From Candidatus Poribacteria bacterium (GTDB lineage Bacteria > Poribacteria > WGA-4E > WGA-3G): DNA of 64,000 bases. Below the pieces are notes generated by a model. The model was not told where the DNA came from. It saw nothing but the letters and a program-made list of their open reading frames with translations, and did no database searches. Location of the stretch: contig OZ244048.1 in the NCBI GenBank assembly GCA_965215265.1, positions 1,760,001-1,824,000 of the forward strand, given 5' to 3'. This document shows positions 49,624 through 60,297 of the stretch, in pieces; position 1 is the stretch's first letter; the number at the start of each line of letters is the position of its first letter. A program made the translations under genes and the position numbers.

Positions 49624-49746
49624 CATGAAACGTCATGACGCGACATCTCATCTGTACATCTGGTTTTCACGCCCGCCCACCCAATTCCTATCAAAACATA
49701 AATAGTTGTTGTGCTGCAGTAGACGAAAAAAAAGGATTAATGTAAG

Positions 49747-51720
49747 ATGAAACAAAATCAAAGACATTTTCAGTCATTGCCCGGTGACAACGGTTTTACG
49801 ACGTGGGCCCTGCCGGAAGGGGCTACAGGTCTATTTGGACAAGGCGATGTATTGGATATGGCATACTCCCCAGATGGCAAGTATCTCGCTGTAGCGACCT
49901 CTATTGGCTTGTGGTGGTATGAATTATCCACGATGTCTCCCGTGGATCTGTGGAATACGGGACAAAGGGTAATTTCCACTATATCCTTTTCCTCTGACAG
50001 TAAATGGATTGCCACAGGGGCATCTGATGGAAGCATCAAGGTGTGGGATGTTTCAAGCCGCGTCTGCATCACGCAGGTAACACGATGGAAGCAACAGAAA
50101 CAAAATCAACTGTTGCATCAAAATGAGATTTCTTGTATCACCTTCTCATCCGACAATCAACGAATTGCTGTGTCCGGCAAGCGCGATTATATCGTTGACC
50201 TATGGCACCCTGAAACCGGTGAACGATTTGGGGAAATCAACGGCGATTCTCAAATAGAACTACGACAGTACTGTGGACTTACCCGACCTGTTGCTTTTTC
50301 ACCTGACAGTCAACTGCTTGCATGTTTAAGCCCACACGGCACAAATAATCCAACGTCACCCGAAGCCGAATTCATCTCGGTGTGGGCTATTTCTAGCGGT
50401 GAGTGTGTCGCGACGCTTAACAAATATACTCCCGGTTCTATGTGGTATTCCCTCTGTTTTTCGCCTTGTGGCAGTTACCTTATTGCCAGCGGCAATGTAG
50501 AGGATAAAGTGCAGATATGGGATGCAAGCAGTTGGGAACAGATTAGAACGCTTCCAGATTATGGGGCAAATTGGATAATACCTTCTTATTCTCCTAAGAC
50601 GGTTCTGCATGTAGCGGCGATGTTTGATGATACCAATACCATCGACGTGTGGGACGTAGAACACTCTCAGAAACTCTGGACTTGCCAGACCCCTAAGGAA
50701 ATTTCTGATGTCCTATTTTTTAATGGGACACAGTTAGCAGTAAATAGTGGACTTGAATTTAAAGTGTGGGCAGTTAAAAATAACCAACCCCGGACTATAC
50801 ATCATACACACCTCTCCTTAGTTCACTCGCTAGAGTTTTCATCTGATGGGAAAACTCTAGCGTGTGGATATAGGCGTGATGGAATTCTACTATGGAATAT
50901 TGACATTCCTTCACACCCGCAAAGCGTTTTCAAGCCGCCTGGTATAAAACATCATGTTTGCGCGTTCACCAATGAAAAAATCTATACCGCATGTGTTGAC
51001 GAAAACACCATTAAGGTATGGGAAGTTGGAGGTAGTGCACCTTTTGCCCAAATCACACCAGAGAATCCGCCAACGTATTCGGCATTTGCATTCGCACCTG
51101 TAACCAACCTCCTTGCCTCCGGGGATGACGAAGGCACCGTGAGAGTCTGGGATGTAACACGAGGAGTGCTGCTCTATACCTTCACAAAGCACACCACCAC
51201 AATGCTACGTTTAGTGTTTAGCCTTGATGGGAAATTCCTTGCGAGTTTTGCAAACTACGGACCCGATGCCCGACTCTGGAATATTGAAAGTGGACAGGAA
51301 ATTTCCAATTTTCCAGGAGATCGCATTGAAACGATTGCCTTTTCGCCTTGTGGGACCTTGATTGCCGCTGACACAGAAAAAGAAATTCTTGTGTGGGATA
51401 TCACCTCTTCTGAAACCCAACTCACAATCCCTAAACCAGAAGAGTGGATGGATAATGGCCTCTGGCAGCTTGCGTTTGCTTTTTCACCAGACGGTCGATA
51501 CTTGGCTTCAGGTTCGTGCTGCGATTTAGGTATGGTGAAAATACCTGTGCGGTTATGGGACATGGCAACAGGCGAGAATCTTGCTACTTTCTGGGGGCAC
51601 ACAAGGAGTATTTCCGCGCTCTCCTTTTCACCGGATGGGATGCTTTTGGCAAGTGGGAGTGATGACGGCACCATCCTCTTGTGGGATATGAAGCCTTACA
51701 TACAACATGAAACGTCATGA
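49747..51720 (+). CDS. WD40-repeat protein 2
   Basis: Same architecture; overlaps the permease start by 14 nt. Confidence 0.92.
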   Translation: MKQNQRHFQSLPGDNGFTTWALPEGATGLFGQGDVLDMAYSPDGKYLAVATSIGLWWYELSTMSPVDLWNTGQRVISTISFSSDSKWIATGASDGSIKVWDVSSRVCITQVTRWKQQKQNQLLHQNEISCITFSSDNQRIAVSGKRDYIVDLWHPETGERFGEINGDSQIELRQYCGLTRPVAFSPDSQLLACLSPHGTNNPTSPEAEFISVWAISSGECVATLNKYTPGSMWYSLCFSPCGSYLIASGNVEDKVQIWDASSWEQIRTLPDYGANWIIPSYSPKTVLHVAAMFDDTNTIDVWDVEHSQKLWTCQTPKEISDVLFFNGTQLAVNSGLEFKVWAVKNNQPRTIHHTHLSLVHSLEFSSDGKTLACGYRRDGILLWNIDIPSHPQSVFKPPGIKHHVCAFTNEKIYTACVDENTIKVWEVGGSAPFAQITPENPPTYSAFAFAPVTNLLASGDDEGTVRVWDVTRGVLLYTFTKHTTTMLRLVFSLDGKFLASFANYGPDARLWNIESGQEISNFPGDRIETIAFSPCGTLIAADTEKEILVWDITSSETQLTIPKPEEWMDNGLWQLAFAFSPDGRYLASGSCCDLGMVKIPVRLWDMATGENLATFWGHTRSISALSFSPDGMLLASGSDDGTILLWDMKPYIQHETS

Positions 51721-52969
51721 CGCGATTGCCGCTGGAATTGCACATCTGGCACAAAATCGGTTACGCGCTGGGTTATCTATCCTCGGCATCTTCATCGGGA
51801 TTACGAGTGTACTTTGCATGATAGCCATCGGCAATGGGGCGAAAAAAATCATCGCAGATGGTCTGGAAACGCTTGGCGGTGTAGACCAAGTGCAATTCCG
51901 AAACATTTATAGAACTTACCGAAGAGGCCGCTGGCAGCGAATAACCGAACGCCTCAAATTCGACGATGCACTCGCAATTGAAGCTGAATGTCCAAATATC
52001 CGATTTGTCTTGCCGAAAAATGAACGCTACAGTGTTTTTGTCACCCGGCAAGAAGGCAGCCAAGCTTACCCGATTCTGGAAGGTGTCACAGCAGACTACG
52101 CTCTCGGAATGCACTGGCGTGTCCAAGAAGGCCGATTTCTTTCAGAAAATGATATTATCCAAGCGATGCAAGTCTGTGTTTTGGGTGCCGACGTTGCTAC
52201 GGAGTTGTTTGGAGAAATGAAACCGATTGGGCAAGAGGTGAAGATTCGGTATTATTGGCGGCAAACACCCGTCCGGATGCGTGTTGTGGGGGTGATGAAA
52301 CCTAAGGGCCAAGGGGTTAACTCTACTTGGACACTTGATAATGTCATCTGTGTGCCCTTGACGACGCACCAACAGCGGCTTTCAGGCTATTCTTATGTAG
52401 AACGCATTACGGTTTTCACCCAAAAGTCTGTGGACATGTCTGCGGTTATTGCCTCAGCGCGTGCGGTGATTCGCAAAAGACATCGTAACCGAGACGATTT
52501 TGTCTCCCATTGGGTCCCCACAGGCACAGTGAAAAGGCTAGAACATATCCAAAGGGTGATAAAAATTGCCTTGGGTGGGATAGCAGGTTTCTCGTTGTTT
52601 GTGAGTGGTATCGGTATCATGAACATCTGCCTCGTCTCGGTAGGGGAAAAGACGCGTGAGATAGGGTTGCGAAAGGCGGTTGGGGCGAAACGGATTGATA
52701 TTTTCTGGCAATTCTTAGCTGAGTCGATATGTCTCTGTATGTGTGGTGGCACCCTCGGTATTGCGGGCGGCTGGTTGGCGGCACACGGCATGGCAGAGCT
52801 TGCTGTCCACATTGTGCCGATTGTGCCGGTGTGGCCTGTCGTGCTTTCTTTGCCGTGGCTATTCACGGCTATTCTGTTTTCATTTTTCATGGGTATGAGT
52901 TTTGGTGTCTACCCGGCGATGCGGGCGGCACGACTAGCCCCGATGGACGCACTTCGAACAGAGAACTAG
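51707..52969 (+). CDS. MacB/FtsX-like ABC permease 1 (no ATPase domain)
   Basis: NRLR..LSILGI.IG, GRF and GIGIMNI.LVSV.EKTREIGLRKAVGA...PA.RAARL.P motifs. Confidence 0.93.
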   Translation: MKRHDAIAAGIAHLAQNRLRAGLSILGIFIGITSVLCMIAIGNGAKKIIADGLETLGGVDQVQFRNIYRTYRRGRWQRITERLKFDDALAIEAECPNIRFVLPKNERYSVFVTRQEGSQAYPILEGVTADYALGMHWRVQEGRFLSENDIIQAMQVCVLGADVATELFGEMKPIGQEVKIRYYWRQTPVRMRVVGVMKPKGQGVNSTWTLDNVICVPLTTHQQRLSGYSYVERITVFTQKSVDMSAVIASARAVIRKRHRNRDDFVSHWVPTGTVKRLEHIQRVIKIALGGIAGFSLFVSGIGIMNICLVSVGEKTREIGLRKAVGAKRIDIFWQFLAESICLCMCGGTLGIAGGWLAAHGMAELAVHIVPIVPVWPVVLSLPWLFTAILFSFFMGMSFGVYPAMRAARLAPMDALRTEN

Positions 52970-52971
52970 GA

Positions 52972-53610
52972 CAGAGTAGTACTCAGGGGTTCGCTCCCCC
53001 TGCAGAGAAACAAGATCTTTTCGTATATCTCCGTACCATCAAGGTTTTTTGTATATTTAAGCCCTATAAACGTTTTTGTTTTGATCGCTCGTGTATAAAT
53101 CTCGTTTTTTTGTATCTCTTGGTACCATCAAGGGTTATGTATTGTTAAATCCGATGTTGGCAGGTTCGGTATTCTTTATCTCTCCGTCAGGAGAGATAAG
53201 ATTACCTTATCCTGCCAATCTATAGATAAATCTCGTCGGAGGTTAACTAGGTAATGTCTTTAAAAATCTAAACATCAGAACCCTCTGGCGAGATTTGTAA
53301 AGGGTTTAACATTGCAGCAGCCTTGTTGCGGGCTGCACTATACGAAAAAAGGCACAACTGCCCTTAGGTTTTATAAGAGTCTGCCTGGTTGTCGTTGTTG
53401 AAAACGCAGATGCTTAGCGATGCATGGGTGTATTGAAGAGATAATAATAGGCTATGACGATAATGGAATCCTTTGGTGATTATTCAGATAAAAAAACAGC
53501 ATTTTGAACCTGAACGGAAAATCTGTCTAATATTTAGATTCATTGCAAAAAAAATTGCATTTCTCATTGTGTTTTCGTATATCTCCGTACCCTCAACGTC
53601 TATGTTTTTG
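52972..53610. repeat. Cluster of dispersed repeat modules
   Basis: 52972-53045 is near-identical to 60391-60465; also contains the MITE-like element, the palindrome and the 23-kb repeat copy. Confidence 0.85.
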
Positions 53611-53845
53611 ATAGCCTGCAATGGCGATTGTCCAGAATACGAGGATTATTAAAACTGTATCCAAACTGTCACCTAAAGGGTTCTCAGTGTTCTGAAATCG
53701 CTTTGCTCCGTTTTTTCTTTCAAAACCTTGTGATTTCGTGTTATTCTAGTGTCCTAAACTGATCTGGCTGTACAAATCGGGGCAGTTTGGTATAAAGTGG
53801 CAGCTTAGGTAGGCTGTAATTCCCTGAGAAAAGCATCTAACGCAA

Positions 53846-55798
53846 ATGATAAACCGTGCTTCCAATAGCAAAAGTACCAGGTGGGCATTACCGAACGGGG
53901 CAATGGGTCGATTAGGCCGTGGGATTGTGGATGATTTAGCATTCTCACCCGATGGCTGCTATCTTGCTGTTGGTACCTCTGTAGGACTTTGGTTGTATGA
54001 ACTGTCCACACTACTGCCTATTGCTCTCTGGGAAACAGAGCGCGGGTTAGTTTCCGCGCTCGCTTTCTCACAAACTGGAGAATGGATTGCAACAGGAAAT
54101 TGGGATGGTGCGGCTAAGATCTTGGATGCACAAAGTGGTAGATGCGTCACTAAAATCGCTAGAGGTACAAGGCGAGCGGCTATTTCCACCCTCGCCTTCT
54201 CTCCGACTAAACGCTATCTCGCTGCATCTTCAAGACAGGACGATGTAGTTTACGTCTGGCACTCTGAAACGGGTACACAAATTGCGAAGTTTTCACAAGA
54301 ACGGAAAAATAGGGGGCGGATGCCGACTAGAGCCCTGACCTTTTCGCCTGATGGGAATCTGCTCGCATGTGTAAGTGATAAAGAACCTGATGGCATAGGA
54401 GAAAGCATCAAAGTATGGGAATTAGAAACTGGCAAATGCATTGCCTTACTCCTTGGACATGTTTCTTTTGTCTATGCAATCTCTTTTTCACCATGCGGGC
54501 GTTTCCTCGCTTCCGGTGGACGTGACTTGACGGTTAGAATATGGGATGTGACACAAGGACAATTAAAGGAGGTCCATTCTTATTATGGTCTCCATCGCAT
54601 GCTACCAGCCTATTCCCGTGATGGAGTTCTATATGCAGCAGGGGTGGCTGATAACACGATATCAGTGTGGAATTTGACACTTGGTGAAAAACTCACTACC
54701 TTCAAACATCAAGGGACTATCCGTGTTGTCCGTTTTTCGGATAATCGGTTTCGATTGGCTGTATCTGGCAGGTACGATTTTAAAATATGGGATGCGAATA
54801 ATCCTGATGATGTCTCTTCTGTTTCCGGACACGACCGGTCACATATCCCCTATTTTTTGAGGTTTTCCGCCAATGGGAAGATACTTGCAAGTGCTGGGCG
54901 CGGACCTGCTATTTGCTGGAATGTTGTGCAGAAACAACCACAACGAACCTTGCTTCGCCCAAAAGCAGCAATCCAATCTCTCTATATTTCCGCCGATGGA
55001 AACATACACGCGTTGGGTAGTAAAGGAAACATGTGCTACCTATGGGATGTGGTAACTGATGAAACAATGGCTACGCTTATTGTACACGAAAAAGTTGGAT
55101 ACGCAGTAGCAGTAGCACCAATAGGTGAACCTTGGGCGAGTGCGGACATAGGTGGAAAACTGTACGTATGGAACAGTAACGGAAAACAGACAGTGCTTAT
55201 TGGGCATACTGCTACAATAGCTGCCCTTGACTTCGCGCCGGACGGAAAGCAACTCGCGAGTGCCTCAAGGGATAAAACAGCACGGATATGGGATGTCGCG
55301 TCTGGTGAAGAGATTACCTCGCTTGCCTTAACACCGCTGTTAGATACTACCTTGTATAAAGGAGATGTACATCAACTCCAAAAACGGTGTAAATCGTTAG
55401 CCAAAGCTGCATCGTCACAGAACCCAAAGCCTATTGAAGCAATCGCTTTTTCATCGCACGGAGAGCACATCGCCGGTGGACTCTGGCGCGAGATACGCTT
55501 ATGGGATGCAACAACGTATAAACCTTGTATGGCAATCTTGCTACCAGAAGGGTGTCAGCGTCCGTATGCGTTAGCGTTTTCGCCGTGTGGACGCTATCTC
55601 GCCTCTGGTGCTTGGTGGCAAGGCACGGAGAAAGTCTCCATCCGGTTATGGGAAGTGGCCACGGGTGAAAATATCGCCACCTTCTGGGGACACCCGACGG
55701 ATGTCCAAGACTTAGCGTTTTCACCGGATGGCACGTTGTTGGCGAGTGGGAGTTTTGATGGCACCATCCTCTTGTGGGATATGAAGCCTTATCTATAG
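53846..55798 (+). CDS. WD40-repeat protein 3
   Basis: WALPNGAMGRLGRG start; C-terminus near-identical to WD40-1. Confidence 0.92.
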   Translation: MINRASNSKSTRWALPNGAMGRLGRGIVDDLAFSPDGCYLAVGTSVGLWLYELSTLLPIALWETERGLVSALAFSQTGEWIATGNWDGAAKILDAQSGRCVTKIARGTRRAAISTLAFSPTKRYLAASSRQDDVVYVWHSETGTQIAKFSQERKNRGRMPTRALTFSPDGNLLACVSDKEPDGIGESIKVWELETGKCIALLLGHVSFVYAISFSPCGRFLASGGRDLTVRIWDVTQGQLKEVHSYYGLHRMLPAYSRDGVLYAAGVADNTISVWNLTLGEKLTTFKHQGTIRVVRFSDNRFRLAVSGRYDFKIWDANNPDDVSSVSGHDRSHIPYFLRFSANGKILASAGRGPAICWNVVQKQPQRTLLRPKAAIQSLYISADGNIHALGSKGNMCYLWDVVTDETMATLIVHEKVGYAVAVAPIGEPWASADIGGKLYVWNSNGKQTVLIGHTATIAALDFAPDGKQLASASRDKTARIWDVASGEEITSLALTPLLDTTLYKGDVHQLQKRCKSLAKAASSQNPKPIEAIAFSSHGEHIAGGLWREIRLWDATTYKPCMAILLPEGCQRPYALAFSPCGRYLASGAWWQGTEKVSIRLWEVATGENIATFWGHPTDVQDLAFSPDGTLLASGSFDGTILLWDMKPYL

Positions 55799-55813
55799 TA
55801 TGAAACGTCATGA

Positions 55814-56137
55814 CGCGACATCTCATCTGCACATCTGGCTTTCACTGGCGGTGTTATTTTCGCGGGTGCGTTTGATGGGTTTGTTGTAAAAACGGAAGCC
55901 ACGAGCTGCTGTGGTGGAGGAACAGATGTTTCTCTTTCCTTTACCAATGGTTGTGGAAGTTGTGACGCTGACGATTGTTCGTGCAGCTCATCAAGCGGAT
56001 GCAATGGTACTCGCGGATGTACGGATACTAGCAGTCAAGGCTGTCTGGATGCGAATGGAGTAAACCAGTGTGGAGGTAAGTGTTCAAATCAGTGTGGTGC
56101 TACGAGCGACTGCAGCACTACAAGTCCCTATCATTAA
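55814..56137 (+). pseudogene. Cys-rich secreted-type peptide frame lacking an ATG (absent from the ORF track)
   Basis: ...LAFTGGVIFAGAFDGFVVKTEA-TSCCGGG...CGSCDADDCSCSSSSGCNGTRGC...CGGKCSNQCGATSDCSTTSPYH*; 13 Cys. Confidence 0.65.
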
Positions 56138-56495
56138 TGTGTGTTGCCAGCAGCCTCGCCTAATTTATGATTCAGGCGCGTGAGCAACCTCTCTGACTTA
56201 GCCTAATCCAAGGAAGGTTTTCTATAAGCCTATTCTTACGTTTGGTTTTTTGTAGATTTCAGCACGACAAAGGCTGATGTGGCAGGATAGGTATTCTTTT
56301 TCTGTCCATGAGAAAAGATTACCTTTTACCTGCCATCTATAGATTTTGGTAAAACCTTTACAAATCTCGTCTGAGGGTCCCGATGTTTTGATTCAAAACA
56401 TCAAACGGCTCTCACGAAATTTGTGCTGTTGAATGGTTATTATAAAATCCGTTTTTGTTGTGCTGGTGTAATTATGAAAAAGGGGAGAGACTTTT

Positions 56496-58521
56496 ATGCA
56501 ATGGAAAAATCTATTCACCTCGGTACAGTTGCCTGAGAGTGCTAGTCATCGGGCCACATTGGCACTCCCAGAGGGAACGATTGCCCGGCTCGGGCAAGGC
56601 ACTGTAGAAGACGTGGTCTTTACGCCGGACGGTACCGCTCTGATAGTTGGTACTAGTATAGGGCTGTGGTGGTATGAACTTGAATCCCAGTCACCCAATG
56701 CCTTGCAAGAAACCGAACAAGGAGGCGTTTATACGCTCTCCATTTCTAGAAATAATCGGTGGATTGCCACCGGGTCCGGAAACAATCGTTTGAAAATGTG
56801 GGATATGCACCGTGGTATGCATGTCGCATGGGAAGATTGCCAGAATAAGTTTCATGCAAGATGCGCTTCTACATTTGCCCCGGATGGACAACGTTTTGCT
56901 GTTTTTGCCAGAGACATTGATACTGTCTATCTCGTGCATCCAGCAACGGGGATGCAATCCGCCGCTTTTGGAAGCAGCAGCCCGATACGTACGCGCCGCC
57001 GGGCTGTGAGCCCGCTAGTTTTTTCAGTTGATAGTCAACTGTTAGCGGTTGTGAGTCCAAGAGATATAGATGCATCTAGCGACATTGTCTCTGTGTGGCA
57101 TGTGGAGAGTGGTGAACGCATCGCTGGCTTCACGAAATATCCTGACTTTGTGTACGGTCTCTGCTTTTCGCCGTGTGGACGGTACCTTGCTGTCGGGTGT
57201 TTCAGTGGAATCTTGAGGGTCTGGGATATCTACACAGGAAAATTGGAGATGGCACGCACCGATTTTGGGCGATATCGAATACTTCCAAACTATTTGCCGG
57301 ATGGACAACTGATTGCTACTGGGCTTTATCAGGCATACAATCAAAAGCCTATAGACGTATGGGCGGTAGAAAAAAGCGAGAAACTGGCGGAACTTGACAT
57401 TCATGGACACGTCAAATTTGCTCGTTTTTTCGGAGGCTGGGACACACTTGGCCGTTGCTAGTGACTCTGGCGACATCAAAATCTGGAAAACCGATAGGCT
57501 GATTACCCCGGTTTCAGCCATTTATCATTACACTGGAGTTGCCAGTTCCTTGGGCTTTACGTCGGATAGCAAAATGTTGGTAGCGGCCTATTGGTATGAT
57601 AGCATACGGATATGGAATCTTGAAAAGCAACAGTCCCAGTATCCGCTTGAAACGAAGGCACTCTCGAAATATAGTTTTTTGCAGGTGTCAACTGGTTCTG
57701 AGCTCTTCTTTATAGGAGTCAGTGAGAATACCATCAAGGTATGGAAGGTTGGAAACAGTAAAGTTCCTGTTGCCAAGTTTTCGACAGATGAAAATGTGTG
57801 GTGGCGAGCCGTAGCGTTATCCCCAAAAACTGACCTGTTAGTAAGCGGGTTCAGAAATGGGCGGCTCCTCGTCTGGGATGTACGAACTGGAGATAAATTA
57901 CAGACGCTTACAACAGATACAATTGGAATTCGGGCAGTAGTGTTTTTAGCAGATGGAAAACGGCTTGCGATGACTTCACGAAATGCAACTCAAATCTGGG
58001 ATATTGAGACAGGAAAACAGAGTAGAATCTTACCAGAATCCCCCGTGTTAGATGGAGATATGTATAAAGGGAAAACTCACGACATTCAAGAGAGACTAAA
58101 AGCACTGTCAAAAGGAAATAAATGTCTCTGTTCTCGCTCTATTCAAACACTCTATTCTTCGCCGTGTGGTAAGTTCATTGGTGGTGGGATGCCAGAAGAA
58201 ATCCTACTGTGGAATACTACAACTTATGAAATATGTATGGTTTTACTCCTACCAGCGGGGCAGAGACATCAGTCTGCGTTGACATTTTCGCGTTGTGGGC
58301 GGTACCTTGCTTTTGACACAACGGATGTAGGAACCGCGGAGGTGTCCATCATGGTATGGGAAGTGGCCACGGGTGAAAATATCGCCACCTTCTGGGGACA
58401 CCCGACGGATGTCCAAGACTTAGCATTTTCACCAGATGGCACGTTGTTGGCAAGTGGGAGTTATGATGGCACCATCCTATTGTGGGATATGAAGCCTTAC
58501 ATACAACATGAAACGTCATGA
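56496..58521 (+). pseudogene. WD40-repeat protein 4, frameshifted in a T6 tract
   Basis: Two overlapping ORFs; removing one T at 57425-57430 gives ...KFARFSEAGTHLAV... and a full-length paralog. Confidence 0.85.
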
Positions 58522-59773
58522 CACGATTGCCACTGGAATTGCACATCTGGCACAAAATAGACTTCGTGCAGGATTGTCTATCCTCGGTATTTTTGTTGGG
58601 ATTGCAAGCGTGCTTTGCATGATAGCAATCGGCGACGGCGCGAAAGAAATCATAGAGAAAGACATTGAAACACTTGGAGGTGCCAACCAAGTACAATTCT
58701 GGACACGAGTCGGTTTTTGGAAACGCGGCCGGCTTATGCGCCGGACCACGGAGCGATACACCCTTGAAGACGTTTATGAGATTGAGGCAGCATGTCCAGA
58801 TGTGTTGTTTGTCTTGCCCAAAATATCTCGATACCGAGGCAGCACCACCAGTCGACACGGTGGGCAAGCACGTCCTTATGTGGAGGGTGTGACAGCAGAC
58901 TACGCCCACGGCATGCAATGGACAGTCCAACAGGGTCGTTTTTTCACGGAAGAAGAGATTGATACGGCCGCACAACTGTGTGTGCTCGGTTCCGAAGTGG
59001 CGGTAGATCTGTTTGGCGACATGCCCGCGTTAGGCCACGAGATAAAAATCAAGCTGCGCTGGCGGCAATCTCCGACCCGCTTGCGTGTTGTCGGTATCAT
59101 GGCACCCAAAGGAAGAAGCCTTCGCTACTATAGGTCCCTGGATGATATTGTCTGTGTGCCCATAACAACGCACCAGCAAAGGCTCTCAGGGCTCCGTTAC
59201 ATTGAGGGGATGAACGTCTTTTTTCAAAAGGATGCGGATGTCTACAAGGTGATTGATTCTGTGCGGCAGGTTCTTCGGACGAGACACCGTGGCACGGATG
59301 ACTTTGTGGGGTATTGGATACCGAAACGGACTGTCAAAAGGCTAGAACACATCCAAAAGGTGATAAAAATCGCTTTGGGTGGCATGGCGGGTTTCTCGTT
59401 GTTTGTGAGTGGTATCGGTATCATGAACATCTGCCTCGTCTCGGTAGGGGAAAAGACGCGTGAGATAGGGTTGCGAAAGGCGGTTGGGGCGAAACGGATT
59501 GATATTTTCTGGCAATTCTTAGCCGAGTCGATATGTCTCTGTGTATGTGGTGGAATCTTCGGTATTGCGGGCGGCTGGTGTGCGGCACACGGCATGGCCC
59601 GACTTGCCTTACGTCTCTTGCCCATTGTAGAGGAGTGGCCGGTGGTTATCTCTTTCCCATGGATACTGACTTCGGTTCTTTTTTCACTCGTGATGGGCGT
59701 AAGTTTTGGTGTCTACCCGGCGATGCGGGCGGCGCGGCTAGCCCCGATGGACGCACTTCGAACAGAGAACTAA
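58508..59773 (+). CDS. MacB/FtsX-like ABC permease 2
   Basis: Paralog of 51707..52969 with the same 14-nt overlap with the upstream WD40. Confidence 0.93.
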   Translation: MKRHDTIATGIAHLAQNRLRAGLSILGIFVGIASVLCMIAIGDGAKEIIEKDIETLGGANQVQFWTRVGFWKRGRLMRRTTERYTLEDVYEIEAACPDVLFVLPKISRYRGSTTSRHGGQARPYVEGVTADYAHGMQWTVQQGRFFTEEEIDTAAQLCVLGSEVAVDLFGDMPALGHEIKIKLRWRQSPTRLRVVGIMAPKGRSLRYYRSLDDIVCVPITTHQQRLSGLRYIEGMNVFFQKDADVYKVIDSVRQVLRTRHRGTDDFVGYWIPKRTVKRLEHIQKVIKIALGGMAGFSLFVSGIGIMNICLVSVGEKTREIGLRKAVGAKRIDIFWQFLAESICLCVCGGIFGIAGGWCAAHGMARLALRLLPIVEEWPVVISFPWILTSVLFSLVMGVSFGVYPAMRAARLAPMDALRTEN

Positions 59774-59916
59774 GGAAGCCTCATCCAGTTGAACAAAAAA
59801 AAGAAGATCGGAGATTCGCAGGAATTAGAGTCAATACATCGAATGGCTCAGACGAGATTTTCACAGTCATTGACAATACATAAGGCGTTATCGGGCTGAA
59901 ATATACAAACGAGTGG

Positions 59917-60297
59917 ATGAAGGGCACACTTTCAGACACCGCAGTTGTTGCTGCAAACTGGGACCTTGGCAGTCAACTCAACGTCCTCGGCGGTGTCAAA
60001 ACCGTCATAGATCAAGATCACTACATCCAACATTGGATACATCTCTACAACGAGCATGTCCGTGATGCCACCGATGCACGGGACACGTTAGAATTCCTAA
60101 AAACCCACGGCGCAACACATCTGATGCTAATGCAAAGACAATCTCCTGAGGCATTTCTGCAAGGTGAGCTGAGTGGTGCATTTGTGCCGGTCTACCCAAC
60201 TGAAGACTTCACCGTGGCAGATGTCAAGGTGTGGAAGATTCACTATCCACCTGACATCCAACCCCAGCCGAAATATCTCGCAACAGCACCTGAGTAA
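59917..60297 (+). pseudogene. C-terminal fragment of an STT3/AglB-like membrane glycosyltransferase
   Basis: AVVAANWDLGSQL resembles the WWDYG motif context; no TM part; a repeat module sits immediately upstream. Confidence 0.5.

Noticed and set aside
53422-53433. 12-nt match (GCATGGGTGTAT) to the mini-array spacer
   Set aside because: A 12-mer match within 64 kb on both strands is plausible by chance and does not cover the spacer's first bases.
55796-55813. Stop-codon read-through from WD40-3 into the Cys-rich frame
   Set aside because: It is in frame but needs both TAG and TGA to be bypassed; a deletion junction explains it more simply.
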